Part shown: positions 45,733 to 56,487 of the stretch, in pieces
Layout of the letters: every line of letters begins with the position of its first letter
Position numbering within the stretch: position 1 is the first letter of the stretch
Assembly: GCA_000146045.2 (NCBI GenBank)
Contig: BK006949.2
Coordinates: 864,001 to 928,000, forward strand
Source: TPA_inf: Saccharomyces
Taxonomy: Eukaryota
Direction: 5' to 3'
Length of the DNA stretch: 64,000 nt
Notes under the pieces: generated by a model
What the model saw: the letters and a program-made list of their open reading frames with translations, nothing else
The model's database searches: none
What the model was told of the DNA's origin: nothing
Program-made: the position numbers and the translations under genes

Positions 45733-47022
45733 TTATTTGTCACCCGCTGACTGCGTTTCCTTTTGAATTATAAAAGGTTCCTTATGGTTCTGGTCCACTA
45801 GCGTTTTATTTTCTTCCTTTTCCTGTAATATTTTTAACTTTAGCTCATGTACTTTGTGCTTGTCTATATGTTTCTCGTATTTTTCCTTTGTCTTGAAAGT
45901 CCTAGAACAATTATTGTAAAAGCATCTGTATTTTCTTCCAACGGTATTCAATAAAAGGTTTAGCCCATTTTCACCAGACTCAAGTCGCTTTTCTAAATCC
46001 ACTTCATTCTGTAAAAACTCTACATTATTGTTTTCGGTAAGTTTTCTCCTTTTCCTCAACCTATTGGAAATCTTCTCTTCATCCTGCTCATTCGAGTGTT
46101 TGCTATTCCCCAGTTGAACTCCGTGGTCTTGGACAAGTTGTTGAATATCAGAAATTTTATATTTTAGTTCCAGTGGGATATCTTCTTCCGTATGAATAGA
46201 CCCATAATGCGTGAGAAGATCATGTTTTCTAGAAAAAGACATATCAGGACATATATGACACTTCCAATTTTTGGTTACTAGTGAGTCGTCATGAATAATC
46301 ATGTGCATTTGTAAACCATTTTCCCCCACACATGGTTTGCTACAAATAGGACATTTTAATTTAGGATGATCATTTTTTATATGCGATTGCAATTGTGACC
46401 ATATCCGAAACTCTTTGCAACAACCAGCAAAAGTACATTGGTAAGGATTTTCTACCTCAGGATCGTGATGTTTAGAAATGTGATTTCTTAGCCTATATGG
46501 CCTCTGAAAGCTTTTATTGCAGTGTGGACAGGTTAGTTTATGTAAATGAACAGATAAAATATGTGCCCTTAATTGTGGATGCTTGTAGAATCGGAGGTTG
46601 CATCCTTCCTCTGGACAAATGAAAGATTTGGTATGCGTTACTTCGTGTCGCTTCAGTTGCTGGCGAGTCGTCACTCCTTTTCCACAATAAGAACATTGGA
46701 ATGGTTTCGTATCAGAATGCGTATACAAGTGTCTCTCTAAGTGACTCTTTTTAACGAAGGATTTTGCACACTTATCACACTGAAATGCTCTTAAACCCTG
46801 ATGTACGCTTAATTGGTGTTCAGTCAAAATTGAAGGTCTTGTAAATGCCTTATCACAGCCATCATAGTCACAGAAATATGTCTTTGGCCTATTGCTCGAT
46901 GAGCTTCTAGTTGATGTTAAACTGTTCAATGATTCTGAACTCTCTGATCGTGATATGGGAATGGTCTCCTGTTTAAGTTCGGCCAGTGGCATTCCTTCAT
47001 TATTTAGAACCTCTCCTCCCAT
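45733..47022 (-). CDS. PZF1: TFIIIA, a C2H2 multi-zinc-finger protein, 429 aa
   Basis: About nine C2H2 fingers are present (C..C...H...H spacing throughout). The ATG is confirmed. Confidence 0.85.
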   Translation of the reverse strand: MGGEVLNNEGMPLAELKQETIPISRSESSESLNSLTSTRSSSSNRPKTYFCDYDGCDKAFTRPSILTEHQLSVHQGLRAFQCDKCAKSFVKKSHLERHLYTHSDTKPFQCSYCGKGVTTRQQLKRHEVTHTKSFICPEEGCNLRFYKHPQLRAHILSVHLHKLTCPHCNKSFQRPYRLRNHISKHHDPEVENPYQCTFAGCCKEFRIWSQLQSHIKNDHPKLKCPICSKPCVGENGLQMHMIIHDDSLVTKNWKCHICPDMSFSRKHDLLTHYGSIHTEEDIPLELKYKISDIQQLVQDHGVQLGNSKHSNEQDEEKISNRLRKRRKLTENNNVEFLQNEVDLEKRLESGENGLNLLLNTVGRKYRCFYNNCSRTFKTKEKYEKHIDKHKVHELKLKILQEKEENKTLVDQNHKEPFIIQKETQSAGDK

Positions 47023-47115
47023 TTGACAGCGATTTCAACAGTTACTACTGTGCTTAATGCCCTTATTTGATAGTTAGTTCTTCTTATAATAAATAATCAT
47101 TGTATATTGATTATT

Positions 47116-47159
47116 CGTATAGTATGATATTTAATTGAAAAAAAAATTTTTTTTTTTTT
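47116..47159. promoter_or_regulatory. Abf1 consensus (RTCRYNNNNNACG on the minus strand, ATCATACTATACG) followed by an A9T12 poly(dA:dT) tract in the PZF1/RPO26 divergent promoter
   Basis: CGTATAGTATGAT at 47116-47128 is the reverse complement of ATCATACTATACG. The A9T12 tract lies at 47138-47159, about 100 bp upstream of the RPO26 ATG. An Abf1 site plus a T-rich element is a classic yeast housekeeping promoter arrangement. Confidence 0.45.
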
Positions 47160-47256
47160 AAGAATATCATTCAAAGGCATCAATCACAACCTTGAAGAAA
47201 GGCTAAAAAGACACATTTTGCAGGTAACAGTGTAAAGATTAAGGCTACAAGTGATC

Positions 47257-47276
47257 ATGTCAGACTACGAGGAGGC
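47257..47276 (+). CDS. RPO26: Exon 1 (20 nt) of the shared RNA polymerase subunit Rpb6/ABC23
   Basis: The exon reads ATG TCA GAC TAC GAG GAG GC and is followed by a GTATGT 5' splice site at 47277-47282. A TACTAAC branch point lies at 47327-47333. Confidence 0.85.
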
Positions 47277-47352
47277 GTATGTGCATTCATATTGGAGAAA
47301 TTGCGTGCTTTAGTTTTAATTATATTTACTAACTTCTATCATTGTGATACAG

Positions 47353-47800
47353 GTTTAACGACGGTAATGAGAACTTCGAAGATTTTGATGTAGAGCATTT
47401 TTCTGATGAGGAGACTTATGAGGAAAAACCTCAATTCAAGGATGGTGAAACAACCGATGCCAACGGTAAGACCATCGTTACTGGTGGTAATGGCCCAGAA
47501 GATTTTCAACAGCATGAGCAAATAAGAAGAAAGACACTTAAGGAAAAGGCCATCCCAAAAGACCAAAGAGCAACTACTCCATACATGACCAAATATGAAA
47601 GGGCAAGAATTTTAGGTACAAGAGCCCTACAAATTTCCATGAATGCGCCAGTTTTTGTAGATTTAGAAGGTGAAACTGATCCATTGCGTATTGCCATGAA
47701 GGAGTTGGCTGAAAAGAAAATTCCTTTGGTTATTAGAAGATATTTACCAGATGGTTCCTTTGAGGACTGGAGTGTGGAGGAACTCATTGTGGATTTGTGA
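47353..47800 (+). CDS. RPO26: Exon 2 of RPO26, giving a spliced product of 155 aa
   Basis: The 3' splice site is the ATACAG ending at 47352. The spliced frame gives MSDYEEA|[16 protein letters not shown]...ELIVDL, with an acidic N-terminus and the conserved Rpb6 C-terminal domain. Confidence 0.85.
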
Positions 47801-47987
47801 TTACACCTGCATTTTCCTTTATGTGTATTTGCTTTGTTTGTATATTATTATAACTATAAAGAACGATTTATTTTGTAATGCAAATAACTGGACGAGAGAA
47901 CCACGCTATAACCTATTTGGTAATAAAAATGTTTGTATGAATAAAAAAGCTGCTGACTGCTTTCTTTGATATGTGTATATAGAATAT

Positions 47988-48479
47988 TTAATCGGTGATT
48001 GAATCTAAGAAAAGCTTACCTCTGAAAGTTCTCTCTTCGGTCGCTTGCTGATTTGTAGTAAACAATTTGAAAAGTTTAGCAAATTCTTCCTCAGGATTTT
48101 CAAAACCGGCTTCCTTTAAAGAATCAATGACCTCATTCAAGGGAACGTTTAAATCGTGTCCTCTTCCAATGGCTTTTAAACTTTCTTCCAATTCTTCACG
48201 CTCGGGAAACTGCGATAAGTTCTTCCCCATGATAGATAAGAATATGGGAAAGCTTACACCTTCTTCTCCAACTTCCGCGGTACTGGTGTCATTGTCAGGT
48301 ACCATTTTGGACCATTCCTCATCTGTCAATGTCTTCCCCAATGTTGCATATATCTTGGTAAGATCTCCCCTACTAATCAGACCATCCTCATCCTCATCCA
48401 GCATTTGGAAAGCATCTTTGAGTTTATTTATGTAGTCCTGCGTAAGTTGGTTAAACGTTAGCGATTCACTATGGTCCAT
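47988..48479 (-). CDS. MLC2: Myosin regulatory light chain, EF-hand protein, 163 aa
   Basis: An EF-hand DEDEDGLISRGDL loop is present. The first ATG is confirmed at 48477-48479. The ORF track starts at a TTG. Confidence 0.8.
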   Translation of the reverse strand: MDHSESLTFNQLTQDYINKLKDAFQMLDEDEDGLISRGDLTKIYATLGKTLTDEEWSKMVPDNDTSTAEVGEEGVSFPIFLSIMGKNLSQFPEREELEESLKAIGRGHDLNVPLNEVIDSLKEAGFENPEEEFAKLFKLFTTNQQATEERTFRGKLFLDSITD

Positions 48480-48663
48480 ATCTACTTCAAGTTTGCTCAA
48501 TAAACGATTCGAAATTACTCTTTTCTTAGCTGTGCATTGTATAGTTTAGAAATACGAGAAATGTAAAAAAAAAAATAAAGTTGGAAAACAACTAACTAAT
48601 AAAACTTTCTTGTCAAGAAAGACACTAAGAACACAGAAAAGAAACACGAAGAGCAGAGGAAAT

Positions 48664-51600
48664 ATGTCGGATATTAAACAGCTATTGAAGGAAGCCAAAC
48701 AAGAATTGACAAATCGTGACTATGAAGAGACCATCGAAATATCGGAAAAGGTTCTTAAACTAGATCCCGATAATTATTTCGCACATATTTTTCTAGGGAA
48801 AGCACTTTCGAGTCTTCCAGCTAGTAATAATGTCAGTTCAAATCGGAACCTGGAGAGAGCTACTAATCATTACGTGTCCGCTGCCAAATTAGTTCCTGAT
48901 AACCTTTTAGCGTGGAAAGGACTTTTTCTCTTATTTAGAACCACTGAGGTTGTCCCAGACATACTTTCGTATGATGAATATTTTGACCTGTGTGGCCAAT
49001 ATGCAGACGCACTTTTAAAGCAGGAACAGTCTCAAGTAGAACTAATAAATGACATAAAATTACTAAAGAAAACGCATCCAGATTGTCAAAAAGCCTTTTA
49101 TCAGCATTTGAAACCTGGGTCGCTAATGGCGGAAACTATTGGTCGTCATCTATCTACACCCCAGGACGCTTTATTAAATCTTATAAAGATACTGTCTAAT
49201 ATTGAAACAACGGAAATAGGTAAGACCCTTAGTCAGAACAGGTTAAAACTAAAAGCTAGTGATCCTGATTATCAAATTAAACTAAATTCATTCTCCTGGG
49301 AAATAATTAAAAATTCAGAAATTGATCAGTTATACAACCAGTTGGTAAATATTCTCGCTGACGATCAAAAGAGAAGTGAAATTGAGAACCAGTGGTTAGA
49401 ATATAGAATCAAAGTGCTAAAATCAATGCCGCTGGATGTAAAAAAAGATTTTTTCACGAAAGTTAAGGAAATGGTCGAGGATATGGTTCTTGTGAATCAT
49501 CAATCTTTGCTTGCATGGCAAAAGTATTTCGAATGGACAGATTACGAAGATCTGGACAACATGGATGCCCCATTGATAATAAAGTACTTTAAGAAATTTC
49601 CTAAAGATCCATTGGCCATGATCCTCTATTCCTGGCTTTCCTCAAAACTATCGAAATATGATATTAAAAGTTTGGAATCGGCTAATAAACCACCTGAAGG
49701 CCATAAAAAGACGGAGAAGGAAACAGATATTAAGGATGTAGATGAGACAAATGAAGATGAAGTTAAAGATCGCGTTGAAGATGAAGTTAAAGATCGTGTT
49801 GAAGATGAAGTCAAAGATCAAGATGAGGAGGCAAAGGAAGATGAAGAAGAAGACCTTGATGATATAGAAATTGGTTTATTAGAGGAAGAGGTTGTCACTG
49901 TATTGACGGAGAATATCGTAAAATGTAAAAATAATATCTTAGCGCATCGCATTCTTTGTCAATATTACCTACTGACCAAGGAGTATGAGGCAGCTTTACC
50001 ATACATCAAAAATGGTATTTCTTTAATTGCCTATAATATAAAGGACCTGGGGGTACATTTGCCATTAACAAAAAGAGAATTTTCTCTGGATTTGGCTACC
50101 GTTTATACATATGTCGATGCCCCAAAGGACCACAATGCTGCATTAAAGTTATATGATAACATTTTATCCGGTGATTTTAGTAATATACAAGCAAAAATGG
50201 GCAAAGGTATAATTTTTATTGAAAGGAAAAATTGGAAGGATGCTATGACATTACTAACACAGGTGCATGAACAATCGCCTAATAATCTGGAAGTTTTATC
50301 TGAACTGTCATGGAGTAAAGCCCATATGGGTTATATGGACGAGGCATTAGCTGGCTTAGATACTGTCATCAAGGGTATCAAAGGTATGGATTTACGTTCG
50401 ATAGATTTCAGAGCATTAAACTTATGGAGGCAAGCCAAAGTTTACATTATGAAGCATGCTTCCATTAACGATGCTAAACAGGAAAACGTCAAGTGCGCAT
50501 TCAAATTACTCATTCAGAGTATTAAAATATTGGACACTTTTGCTCCCGGATTTTCGACACTGGGCGATATTTATTGCCACTATTATAAAGACCATTTGAG
50601 GGCCTTCAAATGTTATTTCAAAGCTTTCGATCTGGATGCGGGGGATTACACAGCAGCGAAGTATATTACCGAAACTTATGCAAGCAAGCCCAATTGGCAA
50701 GCTGCTTCTTCCATCGCTTCAAGATTAATTAAAGGTGAAAAAGCAAAGGCAGAACTGCGCTCAAATAACTGGCCCTTTAGGGTCGTAGGGATTGCTCATT
50801 TGGAAAAGCAAGAAGAAAGTGATTCTATTGAGTGGTTTCAATCTGCTTTACGTGTTGATCCAAATGATGTAGAGTCATGGGTGGGCCTGGGACAAGCATA
50901 CCACGCGTGTGGTCGTATAGAAGCATCTATCAAAGTTTTTGACAAGGCAATTCAATTAAGGCCCTCTCATACTTTTGCCCAATACTTTAAAGCTATTTCT
51001 CTATGTGACGTAGGTGAATATCTTGAAAGTTTAGACATTCTGGAAAAGGTATGTCAAGAAGCCGCTACAGAAGAGTCATTCCAAATTGGTTTAGTGGAAG
51101 TGCTTATGAGATGTTCCTTGGATTTATATTCGCAAGGGTTCTTGCTCAAATCAGTTTCAATTGCAAAGGACACTATTGAACGGATCAAGATAATTATCAG
51201 TGAATTAAAATGTGAGAACCAACAGGTTTGGATCTACCTTTCACAAGTACTGAGATTATTTATTTGGATAGAGTCAAAGGTTGATACTTTACCTGTTGAA
51301 TCACTAGTATCAATTTTTGAAAATTCTCAATTTTCTGGTAGTGAAGAAATTGATTCTGTCGACAATATCAAAATCGATACTTTACTCGATAGCACTACTG
51401 ATGATAATGTGTCCATTGCGTGCAAGTTTTTGATCTTAGCTTCAAAATATAGTGTTTCGGATCAAAAATTTACAGATATAGCAGGAACGGTCAGGGCCTC
51501 ATACTGGTATAATATAGGTATCTCAGAGCTTACTGCTTTCATAACATTGAAAGAACCGCAGTATAGAGATGCTGCTATTTTTGCTTTTAAGAAATCCATT

Positions 51601-52962
51601 CAATTACAGTCTAATACAAGTGAAACTTGGATTGGTCTAGGGATAGCCACTATGGACATCAACTTTCGTGTCTCTCAACATTGCTTTATTAAAGCAACTG
51701 CTTTGGAACCGAAGGCGACAAATACATGGTTCAACTTGGCTATGCTAGGTTTAAAGAAAAAGGATACTGAATTTGCTCAACAGGTTCTGAATAAATTACA
51801 AAGCCTTGCCCCACAAGATTCGTCACCTTGGCTAGGTATGGCCTTGATTCTTGAGGAACAAGGAGACATTATCGGAAGTTCTAAACTTTTTGCACACTCC
51901 TTCATATTATCTAATGGAAGGTCAAAGGCTGCGCAATTTATGTATGCTAAAAATGTCCTTGAGAATCACATTAATAATGGTGACGATGAAAGAGATATTG
52001 AGACAGTGGAAAAACTAACCACTGCTTCAATAGCTTTAGAGCAGTTTTTCAAAAAAAGTCCTGATAGTCAATTTGCTCTTCAATGTGCTCTTCTAACTCT
52101 TGAAAGGTTACATCACTATGAAAATGCAAACGAACTGGCTAATCGGTTGATAGGCATTTTGGAAAAAAAGTTTGAGAAAACTCAAGATGAAAGAGAACTG
52201 TTTAATTTTGCGATAATTAAAGGACAATTCGCTCGTATTCACTTAGGTTTAGGAAATTTCGAACTCTCTATTGAAAACGCTGATCTTTCTCAAGGTATTA
52301 TATCTGAATCGAGCGACGAAAAATCAATGAAAACCAAAATATCCAATCACATTTGCTTAGGATTAAGTTATTTCTTCTTAAACGACTTTGATCAGACTTT
52401 GAACCAATTCCAAGAACTGCTAAGCATTTCAAAGGATTCTAAGCACCTAGTTGTTTTAATTGCGAAGGTGCTTTATGATGTAGGTGAATCTGACACAAAG
52501 GAAATTGCTTTACAGGAACTAACAGAATATATAGCCACAAGCGGCGCAGACTTGTTAGTAACACTAACGATTGCAGCTATGTCAATTCTAGACGATAAGC
52601 GTGAAGATTTAAGCATTATTTTAGAAGAATTGAAAGCTTTGCCATTATCCAAACAAATAATAGATAAGCACAAAGACGCACCATATCTGATAGAAGAAAT
52701 TACTAAGAGACTTTATCGTAACGATACCGGTAAACAAGTATGGCAAAGGAGTGCGTACTTTTTCCCTAATAACCTCAAGGTTTGGGAGAGATTAGATAAG
52801 AATATTCAACGAAGAATAGCTTCTAATGGACAAAATAAAGTTACTGCGGAGGAGATGAGTAAACTATATTGTGAGAGTAAGAATTTGAGAAGCATACAAA
52901 GAGGTATGTTTTTGTGCCCTTGGAACGTTACTGCAGTGAAGGCGCTAAACGAATGTTTCTAA
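48664..52962 (+). CDS. SKI3: SKI complex TPR-repeat scaffold Ski3, 1432 aa
   Basis: TPR repeats run throughout the protein. The first ATG (MSDIKQLLKEAK) is at 48664. The ORF track starts upstream at a TTG. Confidence 0.85.
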   Translation: MSDIKQLLKEAKQELTNRDYEETIEISEKVLKLDPDNYFAHIFLGKALSSLPASNNVSSNRNLERATNHYVSAAKLVPDNLLAWKGLFLLFRTTEVVPDILSYDEYFDLCGQYADALLKQEQSQVELINDIKLLKKTHPDCQKAFYQHLKPGSLMAETIGRHLSTPQDALLNLIKILSNIETTEIGKTLSQNRLKLKASDPDYQIKLNSFSWEIIKNSEIDQLYNQLVNILADDQKRSEIENQWLEYRIKVLKSMPLDVKKDFFTKVKEMVEDMVLVNHQSLLAWQKYFEWTDYEDLDNMDAPLIIKYFKKFPKDPLAMILYSWLSSKLSKYDIKSLESANKPPEGHKKTEKETDIKDVDETNEDEVKDRVEDEVKDRVEDEVKDQDEEAKEDEEEDLDDIEIGLLEEEVVTVLTENIVKCKNNILAHRILCQYYLLTKEYEAALPYIKNGISLIAYNIKDLGVHLPLTKREFSLDLATVYTYVDAPKDHNAALKLYDNILSGDFSNIQAKMGKGIIFIERKNWKDAMTLLTQVHEQSPNNLEVLSELSWSKAHMGYMDEALAGLDTVIKGIKGMDLRSIDFRALNLWRQAKVYIMKHASINDAKQENVKCAFKLLIQSIKILDTFAPGFSTLGDIYCHYYKDHLRAFKCYFKAFDLDAGDYTAAKYITETYASKPNWQAASSIASRLIKGEKAKAELRSNNWPFRVVGIAHLEKQEESDSIEWFQSALRVDPNDVESWVGLGQAYHACGRIEASIKVFDKAIQLRPSHTFAQYFKAISLCDVGEYLESLDILEKVCQEAATEESFQIGLVEVLMRCSLDLYSQGFLLKSVSIAKDTIERIKIIISELKCENQQVWIYLSQVLRLFIWIESKVDTLPVESLVSIFENSQFSGSEEIDSVDNIKIDTLLDSTTDDNVSIACKFLILASKYSVSDQKFTDIAGTVRASYWYNIGISELTAFITLKEPQYRDAAIFAFKKSIQLQSNTSETWIGLGIATMDINFRVSQHCFIKATALEPKATNTWFNLAMLGLKKKDTEFAQQVLNKLQSLAPQDSSPWLGMALILEEQGDIIGSSKLFAHSFILSNGRSKAAQFMYAKNVLENHINNGDDERDIETVEKLTTASIALEQFFKKSPDSQFALQCALLTLERLHHYENANELANRLIGILEKKFEKTQDERELFNFAIIKGQFARIHLGLGNFELSIENADLSQGIISESSDEKSMKTKISNHICLGLSYFFLNDFDQTLNQFQELLSISKDSKHLVVLIAKVLYDVGESDTKEIALQELTEYIATSGADLLVTLTIAAMSILDDKREDLSIILEELKALPLSKQIIDKHKDAPYLIEEITKRLYRNDTGKQVWQRSAYFFPNNLKVWERLDKNIQRRIASNGQNKVTAEEMSKLYCESKNLRSIQRGMFLCPWNVTAVKALNECF

Positions 52963-53076
52963 AAATTTGGATTCGAGATAGTCAATCAAACCTTAATGTA
53001 ACATTAGTAATAAATTTTATCTTTTCTATAGAGTATAAAAGGTTATTAGACAGAGTTTATCAGCTGTATAGAGTAA

Positions 53077-55041
53077 TCATGCCATTTGGAAAACTTCCCA
53101 AAGCGATAGCAACCTCGATAAACGAGCGAAAACATTTAGCTCTCTTTCATTGACCATCTTTAATTGATTCAATTCGCTTGGTAATAGTAGTTCGTTCTCT
53201 CTTCCTTTAACATCATCTCTATTTGCCTTTTTTAATAATGTAGAGTTTTCTTGCTTTAATTTCTCCTTTTTAAAAAGTAAATTTGCCATATTCCATTCCA
53301 AGTTTTGTCTCATGAAATTATAGGAATGCGTTTCTTTGCATCTAAACAAAAAAACTGCCCTTGATGCTGATCTATCGGCTGTTCTTGGAACTTCCTGGAT
53401 TTCCACAGAATTGTATCTAATTAAAGATGCTAATGTAGATCTTATATCCTTTTCCTTCATTAACGCAGTTGAGTTGATAATTTTCTCAGACACCAGCTTG
53501 TTATCACGAATACAACGGCTTAAACGCATTGCTGAGGGTCCCAACGTAGACGCGATAACATACTCATAAACAGATGACTTTAATACTGGCATTAGTTTGC
53601 TATATGGAACATAGTAAACACCTGGTTTGGTTTCGTTCAAAAAGGGGAAATTTGATGATGCTAGGATTTTTAAATGACTATTTATCAAAGAAGCTGAGTG
53701 AGGATCCTCAGTGTCTGCATCCAAATCCTCCTCCTCTTCGTCTTCTTCTTGTGTATCTCCACTTTCTTGAAGAGATTTGGAAACAGCAGCAGGTAGCGCC
53801 GGGATCACAAATCCATCTTCGGTTTTTAATTTTTTACTGGGTAATGATGCAGCAGCGTTTGAGCCAGAACGCTTTTTATTGTCAGAGGGCTTTCTAGATA
53901 ATAAGCTTCCACGCAAGTCCAATTCTGCGGGGAGATGTCTTGCCAAGTCAATAGCATTAAAGGTAAGCCCTGGTGTCTTCTCCTCAACAAGTTCGGCTTC
54001 GTCTTGAAACGATTTTGCTTCCTCCAAATCTTGTAAAAGCCCAGTTTGAGTTAGTGGATCTCTAATTTTAGGAGACTTTTGCTCTGTGAGTCTTAATGCA
54101 ATTTTGTAAACTTGAGCTGTGACGGAGCCGACTCTTGTCTTGGCCAAGTTAATCAATTGTTTAGATCTTCTACCTTTCATAAATCTATCCAAATTAATCG
54201 TCAGAGAGACTGTAGGTTTAACAATCCTCAATGAGGTCTTTGGATCAACCGTTAAGATTTGTGAAAGCTCATTTGGTTTATTTATGATTTTGGCAAAATC
54301 AGTTTTCGCATTCATCTTGGCTTGGGATCTTTTCTTCAAATCGGACAACGGGGAGTTTCTGGGAATATTTTTGTAATGTTTTTCATATAAAAATTGCCAG
54401 AGATCTTCGATTGGGGTATAATGCAATTTTGATATTTGAATAAGATATCCCATTTCACACAGTTGCACGAATAGTGATGAAATGGTGTACTTCATGGAAT
54501 CTGACGTGACACTACTTAGATAATCTTCCACTGTTAAGGACCCTAATGATATAACGTTTTGTACAATTTCAGCCACCAGCTGTTTATGCTCCTCTTCGTC
54601 GTTTACACGCATTTGCGTAATAATTTCGTCAATAATCAACCCTGAGTAGAGTAAAATGTGTATCCCTTCCTCGTTATAGTAATAATAAGTCGTTTTTTTC
54701 CCGGATATTGCTGTTTCTTGCAGGTACTTAACACACCTTAATTGAGTTAATGAGACTAGTGTCGTCTTGACGCTGTCTACATCCATACCATCTATTTTCT
54801 CCACTAACTCGCGCACACTCAATCTGCCCAGCGCAACCAACATCCCAATTACAGAAGCTGCTCTTTCACCCAGATGTGCCTTCACCAACTCTTTGTAAAG
54901 AAACAAATCGGGATTCAAGGTTCTCTGTTCCAAGGATGATATGGTCATAACATCTTCGGGGGTGACCAACTTCTCAGATTCGACAGTGCTCTCACCTGTT
55001 TGGTTCTCTGCACTAAGCGCTTCTCCCAGTAACTCGTCCAT
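53077..55041 (-). CDS. RPC82: RNA polymerase III subunit C82, 654 aa
   Basis: The product has winged-helix repeats and an acidic patch (EEDEEEEDLD). The first ATG (MDELLGEAL) is confirmed at 55039-55041. The promoter carries PAC and RRPE motifs. Confidence 0.85.
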   Translation of the reverse strand: MDELLGEALSAENQTGESTVESEKLVTPEDVMTISSLEQRTLNPDLFLYKELVKAHLGERAASVIGMLVALGRLSVRELVEKIDGMDVDSVKTTLVSLTQLRCVKYLQETAISGKKTTYYYYNEEGIHILLYSGLIIDEIITQMRVNDEEEHKQLVAEIVQNVISLGSLTVEDYLSSVTSDSMKYTISSLFVQLCEMGYLIQISKLHYTPIEDLWQFLYEKHYKNIPRNSPLSDLKKRSQAKMNAKTDFAKIINKPNELSQILTVDPKTSLRIVKPTVSLTINLDRFMKGRRSKQLINLAKTRVGSVTAQVYKIALRLTEQKSPKIRDPLTQTGLLQDLEEAKSFQDEAELVEEKTPGLTFNAIDLARHLPAELDLRGSLLSRKPSDNKKRSGSNAAASLPSKKLKTEDGFVIPALPAAVSKSLQESGDTQEEDEEEEDLDADTEDPHSASLINSHLKILASSNFPFLNETKPGVYYVPYSKLMPVLKSSVYEYVIASTLGPSAMRLSRCIRDNKLVSEKIINSTALMKEKDIRSTLASLIRYNSVEIQEVPRTADRSASRAVFLFRCKETHSYNFMRQNLEWNMANLLFKKEKLKQENSTLLKKANRDDVKGRENELLLPSELNQLKMVNERELNVFARLSRLLSLWEVFQMA

Positions 55042-55155
55042 TTGGATCTTGCTCAACAAAAATTTTTCCCTATTCCTGTGTCAGCAATTCTCTATTGTTC
55101 TCAATATTTCTTCCACTATTATTATTTTGATCCAAAATTATTTTTTTCCTTCAAT

Positions 55156-55177
55156 GCGATGAGCTTTTGAAAAATTT
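55156..55177. promoter_or_regulatory. PAC motif (GCGATGAGCT) immediately followed by an RRPE-like TGAAAAATTT in the RPC82/QCR2 divergent intergenic region
   Basis: GCGATGAGCT is an exact match at 55156-55165 and TGAAAAATTT lies at 55168-55177. This pairing is the ribosome-biogenesis regulon signature. RPC82 is a Pol III subunit, which fits. Confidence 0.5.
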
Positions 55178-55380
55178 CTGATCATTCCCAACGAACCAAT
55201 AGAAGGCCCGCCCCGTCTTATATCCGTTAGCCTACCAAATATATATATAAAGAACAAGGGCCTTTCCTCAGAGCGTTTGCTGACGAAGTTTTAGAAGTTA
55301 ATAAGGTTTTTAACAGCAGTGTGCTCGAACGATTAGGACGGGAGAGTTAAAATTATTAAAAGGAAAAAAGAAGAACGTTG

Positions 55381-56487
55381 ATGTTGTCAGCAGCTAGATT
55401 GCAATTTGCCCAGGGGTCAGTTAGAAGGTTGACCGTTTCCGCTAGAGACGCACCTACTAAAATATCTACATTGGCTGTTAAGGTCCATGGAGGGTCTCGT
55501 TATGCAACCAAGGATGGTGTGGCCCATCTTTTAAACAGATTCAACTTTCAAAACACGAACACTAGATCAGCTTTGAAATTAGTCAGAGAATCCGAATTAT
55601 TAGGGGGAACTTTTAAGTCTACCTTGGATAGGGAATACATCACTTTGAAAGCTACCTTTTTGAAGGACGACCTTCCCTACTACGTCAATGCCCTAGCAGA
55701 CGTGCTATACAAGACTGCCTTCAAACCTCACGAGCTCACCGAATCTGTTTTGCCTGCTGCTAGATACGATTATGCGGTCGCTGAACAATGTCCGGTAAAG
55801 AGCGCCGAAGACCAATTGTATGCCATTACATTCAGAAAGGGTTTAGGAAACCCATTGTTATACGATGGTGTGGAAAGAGTCAGTTTGCAAGATATCAAGG
55901 ACTTTGCGGACAAAGTCTATACCAAGGAGAACCTTGAAGTTAGCGGTGAAAATGTTGTTGAGGCCGATTTGAAAAGATTTGTTGACGAGTCACTGTTAAG
56001 CACTTTGCCTGCAGGTAAGTCATTGGTGAGTAAATCCGAACCAAAATTCTTTTTGGGTGAAGAAAACAGGGTAAGGTTTATCGGTGACTCCGTTGCCGCC
56101 ATTGGTATCCCGGTAAACAAAGCCTCCCTAGCTCAATATGAAGTATTGGCCAACTATTTGACCTCTGCCCTATCCGAGCTTTCCGGTTTAATCAGCTCGG
56201 CTAAACTTGATAAATTCACTGACGGCGGCCTATTTACTCTGTTTGTAAGAGACCAGGACAGCGCCGTGGTATCTTCCAACATCAAGAAAATTGTTGCGGA
56301 TTTGAAGAAGGGCAAGGACTTATCCCCTGCAATAAATTACACAAAGTTAAAGAATGCCGTCCAAAATGAATCTGTTTCCAGCCCAATTGAACTAAATTTT
56401 GACGCCGTGAAGGACTTTAAGTTGGGAAAATTCAACTATGTAGCCGTCGGTGATGTTTCCAACTTGCCATATTTGGACGAATTGTAA
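55381..56487 (+). CDS. QCR2: Cytochrome bc1 complex core subunit 2, 368 aa
   Basis: The sequence resembles an M16 peptidase with an inactive catalytic site and has an N-terminal mitochondrial presequence-like segment ([17 protein letters not shown]). The ATG is at 55381. The ORF track starts at a TTG at 55378. Confidence 0.85.
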   Translation: MLSAARLQFAQGSVRRLTVSARDAPTKISTLAVKVHGGSRYATKDGVAHLLNRFNFQNTNTRSALKLVRESELLGGTFKSTLDREYITLKATFLKDDLPYYVNALADVLYKTAFKPHELTESVLPAARYDYAVAEQCPVKSAEDQLYAITFRKGLGNPLLYDGVERVSLQDIKDFADKVYTKENLEVSGENVVEADLKRFVDESLLSTLPAGKSLVSKSEPKFFLGEENRVRFIGDSVAAIGIPVNKASLAQYEVLANYLTSALSELSGLISSAKLDKFTDGGLFTLFVRDQDSAVVSSNIKKIVADLKKGKDLSPAINYTKLKNAVQNESVSSPIELNFDAVKDFKLGKFNYVAVGDVSNLPYLDEL

